A DNA stretch of 64,000 nucleotides from an uncultured Actinomycetes bacterium (GTDB lineage Bacteria > Actinomycetota > Thermoleophilia > RBG-16-64-13): NCBI GenBank assembly GCA_963706025.1, contig CAVPLM010000005.1, positions 896,001-960,000 of the forward strand, written 5' to 3'. This document shows, in pieces, positions 30,800 to 40,403 of the stretch. Position numbers and translations under genes: made by a program. The notes beneath the pieces are model-generated. The model was not told the origin of the DNA. It did no database searches and saw only the letters and a program-made list of their open reading frames with translations. Every line of letters begins with the position of its first letter. The stretch's first letter is position 1.

Positions 30800-31174
30800 C
30801 TAGTCGCGGCGGTTTGGACGGGCGCCCCTTGGAGGGCGCGATGAGCGCTCGGGGGCGCTTGTCCGCGCGGGTCCGCCACCGCGCGCCTCTGCAGCTGCCG
30901 GCGCCGGCGCGGGCGAGACCGCGGCCTCGGTCTCGTAGCCGGCGTCCAGTTCTCGGACGAGATCGGCCGCATCCTCAGGCACCGGTACCCGGAGGTTCAG
31001 TCCTCTCTCCAGCACCTGTTCGCGCCAGGGGCGCTCCTTGTCCGCCAGCTCGCGGGCGATGGCTGTGCGCACCAGCTCGGCCACGCTGAGGTGGCCCGCC
31101 GCCGCCCGGCGCTCGAGCTGCTCGTAGGTCCGCTTGTCGAGCCGTAGTTCCAATCTGGCGTCAAGCTTAGCCAC
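30800..31174 (-). CDS. CopG/RHH antitoxin
   Basis: RLELRLDKRTYEQLERRAAAGHLSVAELVRTAI, upstream of vapC. Confidence 0.8.
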   Translation of the reverse strand: MAKLDARLELRLDKRTYEQLERRAAAGHLSVAELVRTAIARELADKERPWREQVLERGLNLRVPVPEDAADLVRELDAGYETEAAVSPAPAPAAAEARGGGPARTSAPERSSRPPRGARPNRRD

Positions 31175-31370
31175 TGGTCCTCGCCTTGTCCGTACAACTT
31201 TGGTACTACATTGTATCACCGCCGCCCGGCCTATCGGGGACATCGACGTACGAGGGTTCGGCCTCATCGACGTGAACACCCTCGCCGGGATATTCCGCCA
31301 TGTATCTCAGGCAAGTACTCCCTGTGCTCGTCCGACGCGCGTGGGCTCGATCCGCTCAACGAAGAACGCG

Positions 31371-31970
31371 TCAATGCGGTGTACCGACGCCCGCAAGCCG
31401 CGCCTGGCCTCCTCCAAGCCTTCGCTCTAGGACGTCCCGCACCAGTACGGACGTCGTATCACCCCGGCTCAAGAAGGTCCGCTGCCGCAGGAAGTCGTTG
31501 ACCAACGAGATGATCGACCAGTAGGAAGATGAACCGCTCACGTCTGGGTGCTTCTCGTATCTCTCAAACCACTCCGCAACGTCAGCCCAGCGCCAGATTC
31601 GGCTTCGTCCCGAGCCGACCCTTGTCGAGGGAGTCGGAAAGCCCCCCGGGCCTCTCTCACCCCGTATGAGTAGACGGATGCTCTCGTTCGTTCGCCCTAC
31701 CCGACGGGCGATATCCGCAATCGTGACCAGAGCGTCGGGCTCGACCCGCACCACCGTGGCACCGACCCCGGCGCTCTCGATGGTCTCGATCGCCGACACC
31801 ACGGCTTCCAGCAGGTCTTCCGCCTCTCTCGAGAAAGCAGCAAATGGGACCCCTGTCGATCGTCCGATGGTCGCATCGTCGGCGCCGGCAGCATAGAAGG
31901 CTTCGAGCATCTCCTCGGTCAGATCGTGGCCTTCAAGCTCAAGGATCAGCGTGAAATCAAATGCCTTCAA
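31371..31970 (-). CDS. HicB-like/HTH DNA-binding protein
   Basis: FSREAEDLLEAVVSAI, LVTIADIARRVGRTNESIRLL..GPGGFP, WRWADVAEW. Confidence 0.75.
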   Translation of the reverse strand: MKAFDFTLILELEGHDLTEEMLEAFYAAGADDATIGRSTGVPFAAFSREAEDLLEAVVSAIETIESAGVGATVVRVEPDALVTIADIARRVGRTNESIRLLIRGERGPGGFPTPSTRVGSGRSRIWRWADVAEWFERYEKHPDVSGSSSYWSIISLVNDFLRQRTFLSRGDTTSVLVRDVLERRLGGGQARLAGVGTPH

Positions 31971-31976
31971 CCTATC

Positions 31977-32213
31977 TCACCTTCTGGAACAGCGGCACGC
32001 GTCTACCACCTGGCGAATCCGCTTCGCGTGGCCGTGGGGATTCCTGGGCGTGCTCCACACCCCTATCTGGCACAGCCCAACGCCTGAGCGACCGCAACAG
32101 TACAACCGTCCCCACAGGTGCGTGTGACCGAACGCACGTACTACGACCTATCCGCGTTCCTCGGCGTACCTGATCGCATCCTCGACCTCCTTAGCCGGGT
32201 GCCTCTCGCTCAT
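31977..32213 (-). pseudogene. HicA-like toxin with in-frame TAG at codon 22
   Basis: MSERHPAKEVEDAIRYAEERG*VVVRAFGHTHLWGRLYC..VWSTPRNPHGHAKRIRQVVDAC; absent from the ORF track. Confidence 0.7.
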
Positions 32214-32664
32214 GACGGCCGCCTGACTGCTGGTGTTGTTATTATACCAACAGTTCTGTGTGACGCAAGAGACGCCCTGGGATTCGGACGTTCTGCCGCA
32301 TCGACTGCTGGTGAGTATCGATCAAGGAAGTAACCCCCGTCGACGAGGATGGTCGCCGGCACTGTTCACCCCCGAAGAGACAAACACTCGGGCTCAGCGA
32401 CGCCAGATCACGCGGGACGTCTGCTACCAAGGGGCCAGATAACGTGACTGGCTTGACGTGGCTCGAGCGATGGTCGCGGACTCAGAAGAAAGCCACATCG
32501 GACCAAAGGTCGAGATCGGCGAATTGGCCGGCACCGTGTGAGAGACGCCCGGGTCGATGGCCGGCGGCATCAAGGCTGACCCGACGGCGCCGACGCGCGC
32601 CGAACAGGCGCCGGTAGCAGAATCAGCGCTGTGAAACCAGGAGGTTCCGGAAGGCAGTAGTCAG

Positions 32665-32973
32665 GTGGCCAAAGAGATCATCCTCTACAACCTGGCGCCG
32701 CACGTGACCGACGAGGAATTCAAGGAGTACGTCGACACGGAGAAGGGCCCGTATATCGACGGTCTCCCCTCGGTGGAGAAATATGAGCTGGTCAGGATCG
32801 ATGACAGCCGCTCGGGCGTGATCCCCTTCAGGTACGTCGGGATCGTGCACCTCAAGAGCTTGGAGGATTTCAAGAACAAGGACACTCAGACCGAGGAATA
32901 CAGGGCCTTAACAGCCAAGATGGCTGGCTTGACCTCAGAGATCCACGTGACTTTCGGGGAGGAGATTCACTAG
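32665..32973 (+). CDS. Small EthD/REDY-like protein, copy B
   Basis: Same length as and highly similar to 25288-25596. Confidence 0.7.
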   Translation: MAKEIILYNLAPHVTDEEFKEYVDTEKGPYIDGLPSVEKYELVRIDDSRSGVIPFRYVGIVHLKSLEDFKNKDTQTEEYRALTAKMAGLTSEIHVTFGEEIH

Positions 32974-33237
32974 GGAGGCCGGAAGGCGAGGCCGGGCGAC
33001 ACGGGGACGGCCGACCGAACCTCATCGGACTCAACCGAGCGGCGTTTCTACGGCGCCCACGGGGGCCGACTACTCCCTCGCTGCGTGGCGGTCGCAGATG
33101 AGCTCCCCTCCGCTTGCCACGCACTCGGGGCTGGTCTCGAGGATGACGACGATCGTCTCCTTGGGAAGCCCGAAGGCTTCCGACGCTGCCTCTGTGAAGT
33201 CCCGGGCCGGCTTGCGCTTTGTGGCCAAGTCGACCGG

Positions 33238-33846
33238 CTACCGAGCCTCGCTCCCCAGGATACTCTCGAGCAGGCGGCGGAAATGGTCCAGCGGTTGGGC
33301 GCCCACCACTCTGGTCCCTCCGGTGAAGATATAGGTGGGAACGCCGGTGATGCCGAGTCCGCGAGCTTCCTCGTAGGCAGCCTCGCGCACGCCCGCGTAC
33401 CGGCCGGCGGCCAGCTCCTTCCGGAGGGCGACGGGGTCGAGACCCAGCTCCACAGCCAGATTGGCCAGCACCTCTGGATCACCGATGTCCTGGGAGCGGG
33501 CGAAGTAGGCGACGAGCGCCGCCCGGTGGAACTCCGGATGCTTGCCTGCATCGCGCGCGAACTCGGCCGCCTCTACCACCAGCCGCGAGTTGGAGAGGAG
33601 CCGGGGCGCTTCGAAGGGAAGGCCGAGTTCGGCGCAGCGCCGGCGCTGGCCCTCCTGGCTCTGCCCGATACCCGGGCCAAACAGGCGTTCGAGCAGCACG
33701 CCCTCGGGCGGCGTCTCGGGGTGGATCTCGTAGCTGACCCACGTGTCTTCCAGGGGGAATTCCTTCTTCAGCGTATCGACAATGCCCGTGCCGATGTAGC
33801 AGTAGGGTCAGATGTAGTCGGAGAAGATGCGCACCGCGATGGCCAC
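33238..33846 (-). CDS. DsbA/FrnE-family oxidoreductase, predicted selenoprotein (UxxC)
   Basis: GTG start gives MAIAVRIFSDYI-TGA-PYCYIG..EIHPETP..GITGVPTY..VGAQP; TGA at 33808-33810. Confidence 0.88.
33775..33795 (-). promoter_or_regulatory. Putative bacterial SECIS hairpin
   Basis: AUCGGCA-CGGGCAU-UGUCGAU stem-loop starting 12 nt after the UGA. Confidence 0.6.
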
Positions 33847-33904
33847 GTCTCTCACCCCCTTGCGGATAGTCCGTTTCGTCGGTCCTCGCTCAAAGTAGCA
33901 CCTA

Positions 33905-33978
33905 GAACTCATTTCAGAATGAAGTCTCGGCCGCGCCGATCGCACCCTGTCGGCAAAGCGTCATTCTGAAACGAACTC
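33905..33978. repeat. Short element with 18-bp imperfect terminal inverted repeats (MITE-like)
   Basis: gaactcatttcagaatga ... tcattctgaaacgaactc (15/18); left end recurs at 40404-40436. Confidence 0.6.
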
Positions 33979-34758
33979 TTGCTCCTCCATAGGGGGCCGG
34001 GGCGAAGTCTTCGCCTCGAGCGGACCGACGCTATCCAGAAGCGAGCCCTCCTCCACGCGGACCCGGCCGGCTTCGACGACCGCGTAGCGGTACCATCCCG
34101 GGGCACCGGTCCACTCCCACTCCCACGCGCAGGGATCGACCATGTAGAAGCCGTCCTCCCGGAGGCGAGCTAGAGGCGGCGTGTGGCCCACCACCTGCGG
34201 GCAGCCGGGCAACGGCCCAAGATAGGAATAGGGCCGGGGCCGAAACCAGAAGAGGCCGTTGTCGGCCAGCATGTCGTGCTCGCGCCAGTCGCGGACCGGG
34301 GGCTCACGCTTTACCAATGCGAGGAAGATCGCGTTCAGGTGGTCCGCCAGGCGGGCCGGATCGGACCCGCATTCCTCCGCGAAGACCCGCTCGTACTCTT
34401 CGGAGACGCCGGCGTGGGTGATGAGCACCCCCTCGATACAGGTGGCCACCTTCCAAGCTCTCGACCATTCGGGGGTCAGCGCCTTCTCCCGGAAGAAGGA
34501 CCGAAAGCCCGGGCTTTCAGCATTCTGGGGATACACCTCGAGATCCAAGAGCGCCGCCACGTCGTGGTTCCCGAAAAGCACCTCGGTGGCGTACGCCTCC
34601 ACCAAGGCGATGCAGCCGGTGGCATCCGGGCCCCGATCGACGAGGTCCCCGGCGTAGACGAAGGCGTCCCGCCCGGGCTCGAAGCCTCCATGGCGAAGGG
34701 CGTTCTGGATGAGCTCCGGGTATCCGTGAGCATCCGCTATGACGAAGGTGCGCATCAC
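33961..34758 (-). CDS. Calcineurin-like metallophosphoesterase
   Basis: DAHG, GDLVDRG, GNHD, THAG, VGHT. Confidence 0.9.
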   Translation of the reverse strand: MMRTFVIADAHGYPELIQNALRHGGFEPGRDAFVYAGDLVDRGPDATGCIALVEAYATEVLFGNHDVAALLDLEVYPQNAESPGFRSFFREKALTPEWSRAWKVATCIEGVLITHAGVSEEYERVFAEECGSDPARLADHLNAIFLALVKREPPVRDWREHDMLADNGLFWFRPRPYSYLGPLPGCPQVVGHTPPLARLREDGFYMVDPCAWEWEWTGAPGWYRYAVVEAGRVRVEEGSLLDSVGPLEAKTSPRPPMEEQEFVSE

Positions 34759-34769
34759 TTGACTCTACT

Positions 34770-35090
34770 TCAAGCCGCCTTCCTCGGGAAGACCGATAGC
34801 TGGATGAGTTCCTGCTGCCAGGCGAGACCTGCGCCGGAAACCCGTTCGGTCTCCAGGCGGAGGTCCTGCCCCAGGTCGACACCCGCCTGCTCGTGGACCT
34901 CGGCCTCGAGGATCTCGGCCAGGAGGCGCAGGCTAGCGGCCTCGGGATCGAGCTGCTTGGGCGCGGCTTTGGGTCTGCCGCCCAGCTTGGCGTGCATCAA
35001 AGCCTCGAAGGCGTAGCCCAGGAGCAGCTAGTCCTGGATCTTGGCGAAAGCACCCACCGGCATACGGTATGCGGTGCCGATCTCACGCAG
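34770..35090 (-). pseudogene. C-terminal remnant, ARPP-1/DUF6569-like
   Basis: GVDLGQDLRLETERVSGAGL..ELIQLSVF; in-frame TAG at 35028-35030; no 5' portion. Confidence 0.45.
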
Positions 35091-35174
35091 TCCCAGAGAC
35101 CATTGCGCCCGAGCCCCGCGCGACGGAGAATGGGCCAGTCCTGAACACCGCGACGAAAGCACCTTGAGACGACG

Positions 35175-36707
35175 TTGACCGCTCCAGACGAACTCACCGC
35201 AGCCCGGCAGCGGATCGCAGCGGCTTATGATCCGCGTCTGCTGGAGGATGCCGGCCACCGGCTGGCCGGACTGCTGGCCGAGCACCTAGCTCGGGTCGAG
35301 CGCTCGGAGGGTCCCGTGTTGCCCTGGGCGGAGCCGCCCGAGGGTATCCGAGGGGCGGCGGCGCTCCTGCAGACAGCTGCTCCCCGGGGGCCGGGTGGCG
35401 ACACGGGCCCCACCATCACGGAGGTGGCCGATCACTTCGCTCGCCTCGTGAAGATCATGCTCGAACGGGGGCTGAACCTGCACAACCCCCGATACATCGG
35501 TCACCAAGTCCCTGCGTCCGTGCCGATAGCCGGGTTGTTCGACGCGGTCGGTTCGGTCACCAATCAGTCGACGGCGATCTACGAGATGGGTCCCTGGTCG
35601 ACGGCAGTCGAGCAGGCCATGATCGGGGAACTGGGTGCAGCCATCGGCTGGGCTCCCGGCACCTTCGCCGGGGCCGTCACGCACGGCGGATCCCTCGCCA
35701 ACCTGACGGCCCTGCTGACCGCCCGGAATGTGGCTCTGGGCGACGTGTGGGAACGAGGATTGGCGCGCGAGGGACCGCTGCCGATCCTGCTGGCTCATGC
35801 CGACGCCCACTACAGTGTCGCTCGAGCCGCGGGCATTCTGGGACTGGGCAGCCGGCAGATCGTGCGCGTCGGACTGGACGAGCTGGGGCGCATGGATCCG
35901 CGCCGGTTGGACGAGGAATTGGCTCGCCTGCGCGCGCAGGCCCAGCCGATCGTGGCGGTCGTGGCGTGCGCCTGCGCCACGCCCACCGGGGCTTTCGACC
36001 CGCTGGAAGACATCGCCGACGTCTGCCACCAGCACGGAGTCTGGCTGCACGTCGATGCCGCCCACGGCGGCGCGGCTGTATTGAGCGACCGGCACCGGCA
36101 CCTGGTGGCCGGTTTGGAGCGGGCCGACAGCGTCGTCTTGGACGCCCACAAGATGCTCTTCATGCCCGCCCTCTGCGCGTTCGTGTTCTACCGCGACAAG
36201 AACCACCGTTTCGAGGCGTTCAGTCAGGACGCCCCCTATCTGTTCGACCCGGCCGCGCCCGGCTTGGCCGAATACGACAGCAGCATGAAGACGGTCGAGT
36301 GCACCAAGCGGGCGGCGGCGTTCGGGCTGTGGGGTGTGTGGTCGTTGTTCGGCCGGCAACTGTTCGCCGATATGGTCGACGTGACCTTCGCGCTGGGCCG
36401 CACCCTGTACGAGAAGCTATCTCCGGCGGAGGACTTCGTACCGTTGCACGAGCCGCAATGCAACATCGTGGCCTTCCGGCACATCCCGGCCGAACTGCGC
36501 GACGCCCCCAGCGACCGCTTGGGTGACTTCCAGCTCGAGCTCCGCCGCCGCCTCATCGAGTCGGGCGAGTTCTACATCGTGCCTTTCAAGCGCGACGGTG
36601 TTGGCGCGCTGCGCGTCACGATCATCAACCCGCTCACCACCTCCGCCCACCTCGACCAATTGATGGACGCCCTCCGGCGGCAGGGACGCCAGCTGCTGAA
36701 GAGTTGA
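35175..36707 (+). CDS. Group II PLP-dependent decarboxylase (diaminobutyrate/aromatic amino acid decarboxylase-like)
   Basis: YIGHQV, GGSLANLTALL, AHYS, TGAFDPL, HVDAAHG, DAHK. Confidence 0.92.
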   Translation: MTAPDELTAARQRIAAAYDPRLLEDAGHRLAGLLAEHLARVERSEGPVLPWAEPPEGIRGAAALLQTAAPRGPGGDTGPTITEVADHFARLVKIMLERGLNLHNPRYIGHQVPASVPIAGLFDAVGSVTNQSTAIYEMGPWSTAVEQAMIGELGAAIGWAPGTFAGAVTHGGSLANLTALLTARNVALGDVWERGLAREGPLPILLAHADAHYSVARAAGILGLGSRQIVRVGLDELGRMDPRRLDEELARLRAQAQPIVAVVACACATPTGAFDPLEDIADVCHQHGVWLHVDAAHGGAAVLSDRHRHLVAGLERADSVVLDAHKMLFMPALCAFVFYRDKNHRFEAFSQDAPYLFDPAAPGLAEYDSSMKTVECTKRAAAFGLWGVWSLFGRQLFADMVDVTFALGRTLYEKLSPAEDFVPLHEPQCNIVAFRHIPAELRDAPSDRLGDFQLELRRRLIESGEFYIVPFKRDGVGALRVTIINPLTTSAHLDQLMDALRRQGRQLLKS

Positions 36708-36759
36708 CGGCCCAAGGTCGCCGGGCCTCGGGCTCGCGATCACCGGAACTCGGGTCTGA

Positions 36760-37395
36760 CTAGCGCCTCAGCAGGGCGAAGGCGAAGTCGGGGCCGAGGC
36801 CGCGCACCCGAGCCGCAACGATCCACAGCATCGCCAGTGGCTCGAGATAGCGGGCGCCGGCCAGAGGACCCCAGTCCCACGATTCAAACCCAAGATCCTC
36901 GGCCAACCCGCACACCGCCTGGTTCGCCTCGGGATCGTCACCGCAGACCGGCATCACAGGGCGGAGGTCGCCGTAGCCGGGATAGGCGGAGTCCGTCATG
37001 TTCTCCCAGCCGGTGGAGTTGAAGGCTTTGACCACCCGGGCGCCGGGCAAGGCCTTGGCGATCTCTTCGGCGCCGGACGTGTCGTGACCCACGGTCAGCG
37101 TGAGACCGGGTCCGATAGGATTGGTGCAGTCGACGATGATCTTGCCGTTCAGATCACCGGCCGTCTTCCCAAACTCGAGCGCAGCAGCGTACGGTACCGC
37201 GAGGCAGATCACCTCCGCTCCCGCGACCGCTTGGGGAAGCCCCTGAACCTTCGCTGCAGGATAAGAGAGCCGAAACTCCTGTACCTCGCTCTTGCCCGGG
37301 TCGCGGACACCGAACACCACCTCGTGCCCCCGATCGGCCCAGACCAGCCCCAAGGTGCGCCCGACGGTGCCATACCCTACGACCGCGATTTTCAC
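36760..37395 (-). CDS. NADPH-dependent F420 reductase family oxidoreductase
   Basis: VVGYGTVG, IVDCTNP, SGAEEI, VVKAFNS, ARYLEPLA. Confidence 0.9.
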   Translation of the reverse strand: MKIAVVGYGTVGRTLGLVWADRGHEVVFGVRDPGKSEVQEFRLSYPAAKVQGLPQAVAGAEVICLAVPYAAALEFGKTAGDLNGKIIVDCTNPIGPGLTLTVGHDTSGAEEIAKALPGARVVKAFNSTGWENMTDSAYPGYGDLRPVMPVCGDDPEANQAVCGLAEDLGFESWDWGPLAGARYLEPLAMLWIVAARVRGLGPDFAFALLRR

Positions 37396-37516
37396 TTCTC
37401 GCCTCCTTCTTCAACGTGTTCGAGGTGTTCACCACGCCCCGAGGAATACCGGTGCGCGGACCCCGGACGCGTCCGGTCAGAGGATGATGCTCCCGAACCG
37501 AGAGGACGCCCCCGGC

Positions 37517-38404
37517 CTACCCCACGAGCAGCATCGGCGTCTTCTTGACCAGGTGTATGACGTTCTCCGTCACGCTGCCGAAGACCATTCTGCTGAGACC
37601 GGTGCGCCCCCGAGTCGCCATGGCGATCAACTGGGCCGGGTTGTCTTTGAGGAATGTGATGATCGTTTCGGCAGGATCCCCGGTCAGAATCTCGCTTCGG
37701 GCCTCGAGCCCGGCCTCCCTTATGGATTCCGCGACCCCATCCAGGTAGGCCTTCATTCTGGCCCGGTGCTCTTCTCTCTCCTGCAACGCCGACCGGCTCA
37801 CTGTTATGTAGTCCACGTCTTCAACGTGCAGCAGGACCAACTCTGATTCCTCACCCCTTTGCTTGGCGACTGCGATGGCATGAGGGATCACCGCTTCTGA
37901 CTGCTTGGAACCGCTCAAGGGAATGACCAGGGTCCTCCTGGGTAGCGTATCCAGTATGACTTCTTCACGCAGTTGGGACGGTACCAGCCAGATAGGAGCG
38001 TTCGAAGCATGGATGACTTTGGTGGCGACGCTGCCGAGGTCCCACGATCCGATCCCGGAACTACCATGCGTAGACATCATCACCAGATCTATGTCGTTTT
38101 CATCAACGTATTTGAGTATCTCTTCGGCCGGATGACCTACCACAACGTTACCCTGGGCGCGGATGCACTGCTCTAGAGTTTCATCGCCAGATCTATGTCT
38201 TATTTCCTCTGCTCCAGCGCACATGACTTCGGCCATGTGCTCCATATAGGCTTTCCGCATGGGCAGCTGTTCGGCTTCGTGCGGATCACAGACATGCAGC
38301 AGTTCCAGATCTATGTGCAACCGTCCAGAGAGCTCCTGAGCGTACTTGAGGACCACCTCGGCCAGCTCTGAGCCATCCAGCAAGACCAGCATTGTCTTAT
38401 ACAC
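37517..38404 (-). CDS. Universal stress protein, tandem Usp domains
   Basis: LLDGSELAE, MSTHGSSG..GSVA, MATRGRTGL..GSVTE. Confidence 0.92.
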   Translation of the reverse strand: MYKTMLVLLDGSELAEVVLKYAQELSGRLHIDLELLHVCDPHEAEQLPMRKAYMEHMAEVMCAGAEEIRHRSGDETLEQCIRAQGNVVVGHPAEEILKYVDENDIDLVMMSTHGSSGIGSWDLGSVATKVIHASNAPIWLVPSQLREEVILDTLPRRTLVIPLSGSKQSEAVIPHAIAVAKQRGEESELVLLHVEDVDYITVSRSALQEREEHRARMKAYLDGVAESIREAGLEARSEILTGDPAETIITFLKDNPAQLIAMATRGRTGLSRMVFGSVTENVIHLVKKTPMLLVG

Positions 38405-38578
38405 GGCAAGACCTCCCGAGAGTTCTCCTGCTGCAAGCGACGTGAAGCCAGGTACATCGTACAGCTTCTGCCGTCTTGGCAGCAGGCGGTGGATGGACTA
38501 TCGTCGATACGTTGGAGCGCAGCCCGGTGTGGGACCGGCAAAGCCTTGGGAAAGGAGCCCATCGTGGAGCGGAGAGCC

Positions 38579-38959
38579 ATGAACCCGTGGACCTGGCAGG
38601 ACGAGTTCGATTTCTCGCAGGCCATCGAGGTGTCGGAGGGCCGAAGGGTCGTCTACTGCGCGGGCCAGACCTCGGTCGACGCGGACGGGAGACCCCTTCA
38701 TGCGGGAGATATGGAGGCCCAGTTCCACTGCGCGCTCGACAACCTCGAGCGGGTCCTGGGCGAAGCGGGCCTGACCCTGGGCGATCTGGTGCGCCTGAAC
38801 TACTTCGTGACCGACGTCCCCGCCTTCCTCGCGGTTGTGCCCAAAGTCGGGGTCCGTCTGAAGGCGGCCGGCTGCAAACCCGCGTCCATGCTTATCGGGG
38901 TGGCCTGCCTTGCCTGGCCGGAGCTGGTGGTCGAGTTGGAAGCTACGGCGGCGGCTTAG
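38579..38959 (+). CDS. RidA/YjgF family protein
   Basis: FSQAIEV, YCAGQTS, LDNLERVL, LVVELEATA. Confidence 0.9.
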   Translation: MNPWTWQDEFDFSQAIEVSEGRRVVYCAGQTSVDADGRPLHAGDMEAQFHCALDNLERVLGEAGLTLGDLVRLNYFVTDVPAFLAVVPKVGVRLKAAGCKPASMLIGVACLAWPELVVELEATAAA

Positions 38960-38984
38960 CTCCGCGGCGCCGGCGGCCGAGCCC

Positions 38985-40289
38985 TCACTCTCCGCCCCTG
39001 CAATCATGGAGCAGCTGGAGGCACACTTTGCTGAGCAGACTCACCCCTATCGCAAGCGATCTCTCGTCGATATCAAACGAAGAGGTGTGATGGCCTCCCG
39101 CCATGTCACTACCGATGATAATGAACGCACCATGGCCACCCGTCTTGGCCACTTCTGCCAGGAACACGTTTCCGTCCTCGGCCACCCTGGACTCTACCCA
39201 GTCTCGTGCCTCTGTCAGTTCCGGTATCCCTTCCGCGCAATCCTTTATGACCTTCGCCAGGGTCTCCGACTGGGATGAGATCGGAGCTCTACCTATCAAT
39301 CGCTGCTCGGCCACGACACCCCATGTTTCCGCAGAGCCTTTGATGACCTGTCGCACTCGGTCGGTGGCATAGTCGTGGATCTCATTCCTGTCGGCCCAAT
39401 ATCCTAGTTCGATGGTCGCCTTGCCGGGAACGATCACCTGGGATTCCCCGGCCTTGAGAACCCCGACATTCAGACTGAACCAACCGTCGCTATGTGCACC
39501 GATACCATGCAGTGCAAGGGAGGCCGAAGCAGCCGCGAGAAGAGCATTCTTTCCACTCTGCGGTTCGTTGCTCGCATGAGATTCGGTTCCAAGGAAATCC
39601 ACTGCATACTTCGAGGTTGCCAAGAAGCCAGAGCGACAAGCAATAGTGCCCGTGGGTAACCCGAGCCCCAGGTGACAGCACACCATGTATCGGACGTCAG
39701 TCATCGCGCCGCGGTCTACGATCGCCTCGGCTCCCCCCATCGTCCCTTCCTCGGCCGGCTGAAAGATCAAGCGGACGGTCGCCTTCAGAGAGTCTCCAAG
39801 ACTCGCAAGAACCGCTGCCAGACCGAGACCGATGGCCAAATGACCGTCGTGCCCGCAGGCATGCATCAGCCCCCTGTTCGCGGAGGCAAAGCCTTGGGCA
39901 GCCGGCAGGTGAGACTGATCGTTCGACTCCTGGATCGGGAGGGCGTCCATGTCGAATCGGAACGCGACAACGGGTCCCGAGAGGGGGCCGATGTCGGCAA
40001 CAACAGCAGTCCCGCCGCTCAGCATGAGTTCCACGAGCCCCTTGTCCATGCCGCCAGCCATGGCCCTCTCGGCCGATTCAGCCACTTTGCTTTCGTCGCG
40101 GTAGTGGATGGCGGCCATGTTCATCGCTTCATCAGCAATCTTGACTCTGAAGCCGCGGCGACGCAGGAAATCAGAGACAATGCCGGCGGTTCTGAACTCA
40201 CCGAACCCGGGCTCGGGAAACCTGTGGAAATCCCTCCGGAGGCTAACGAGGTCCTGAGTGATAAACCCCGCGTTCCCGGCTTGTTCCAT
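38985..40289 (-). CDS. M20D amidohydrolase, AbgA-like
   Basis: RRDFHRFPEPGFGE, RFDMDAL, MHACGHDGH, FQPAEEG, GGHH..FDIDE. Confidence 0.9.
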   Translation of the reverse strand: MEQAGNAGFITQDLVSLRRDFHRFPEPGFGEFRTAGIVSDFLRRRGFRVKIADEAMNMAAIHYRDESKVAESAERAMAGGMDKGLVELMLSGGTAVVADIGPLSGPVVAFRFDMDALPIQESNDQSHLPAAQGFASANRGLMHACGHDGHLAIGLGLAAVLASLGDSLKATVRLIFQPAEEGTMGGAEAIVDRGAMTDVRYMVCCHLGLGLPTGTIACRSGFLATSKYAVDFLGTESHASNEPQSGKNALLAAASASLALHGIGAHSDGWFSLNVGVLKAGESQVIVPGKATIELGYWADRNEIHDYATDRVRQVIKGSAETWGVVAEQRLIGRAPISSQSETLAKVIKDCAEGIPELTEARDWVESRVAEDGNVFLAEVAKTGGHGAFIIIGSDMAGGHHTSSFDIDERSLAIGVSLLSKVCLQLLHDCRGGE

Positions 40290-40403
40290 GCTGTCCCCTC
40301 CCCTTCTTCTTCGGATCACAGTCGAGCTGCCTTCGTGTCCGAGATGGCTCAAAGAGCAGGCCCTGGACGGCGAGACGTCCATCCAGGCTGCCGATCCGCT
40401 CCG

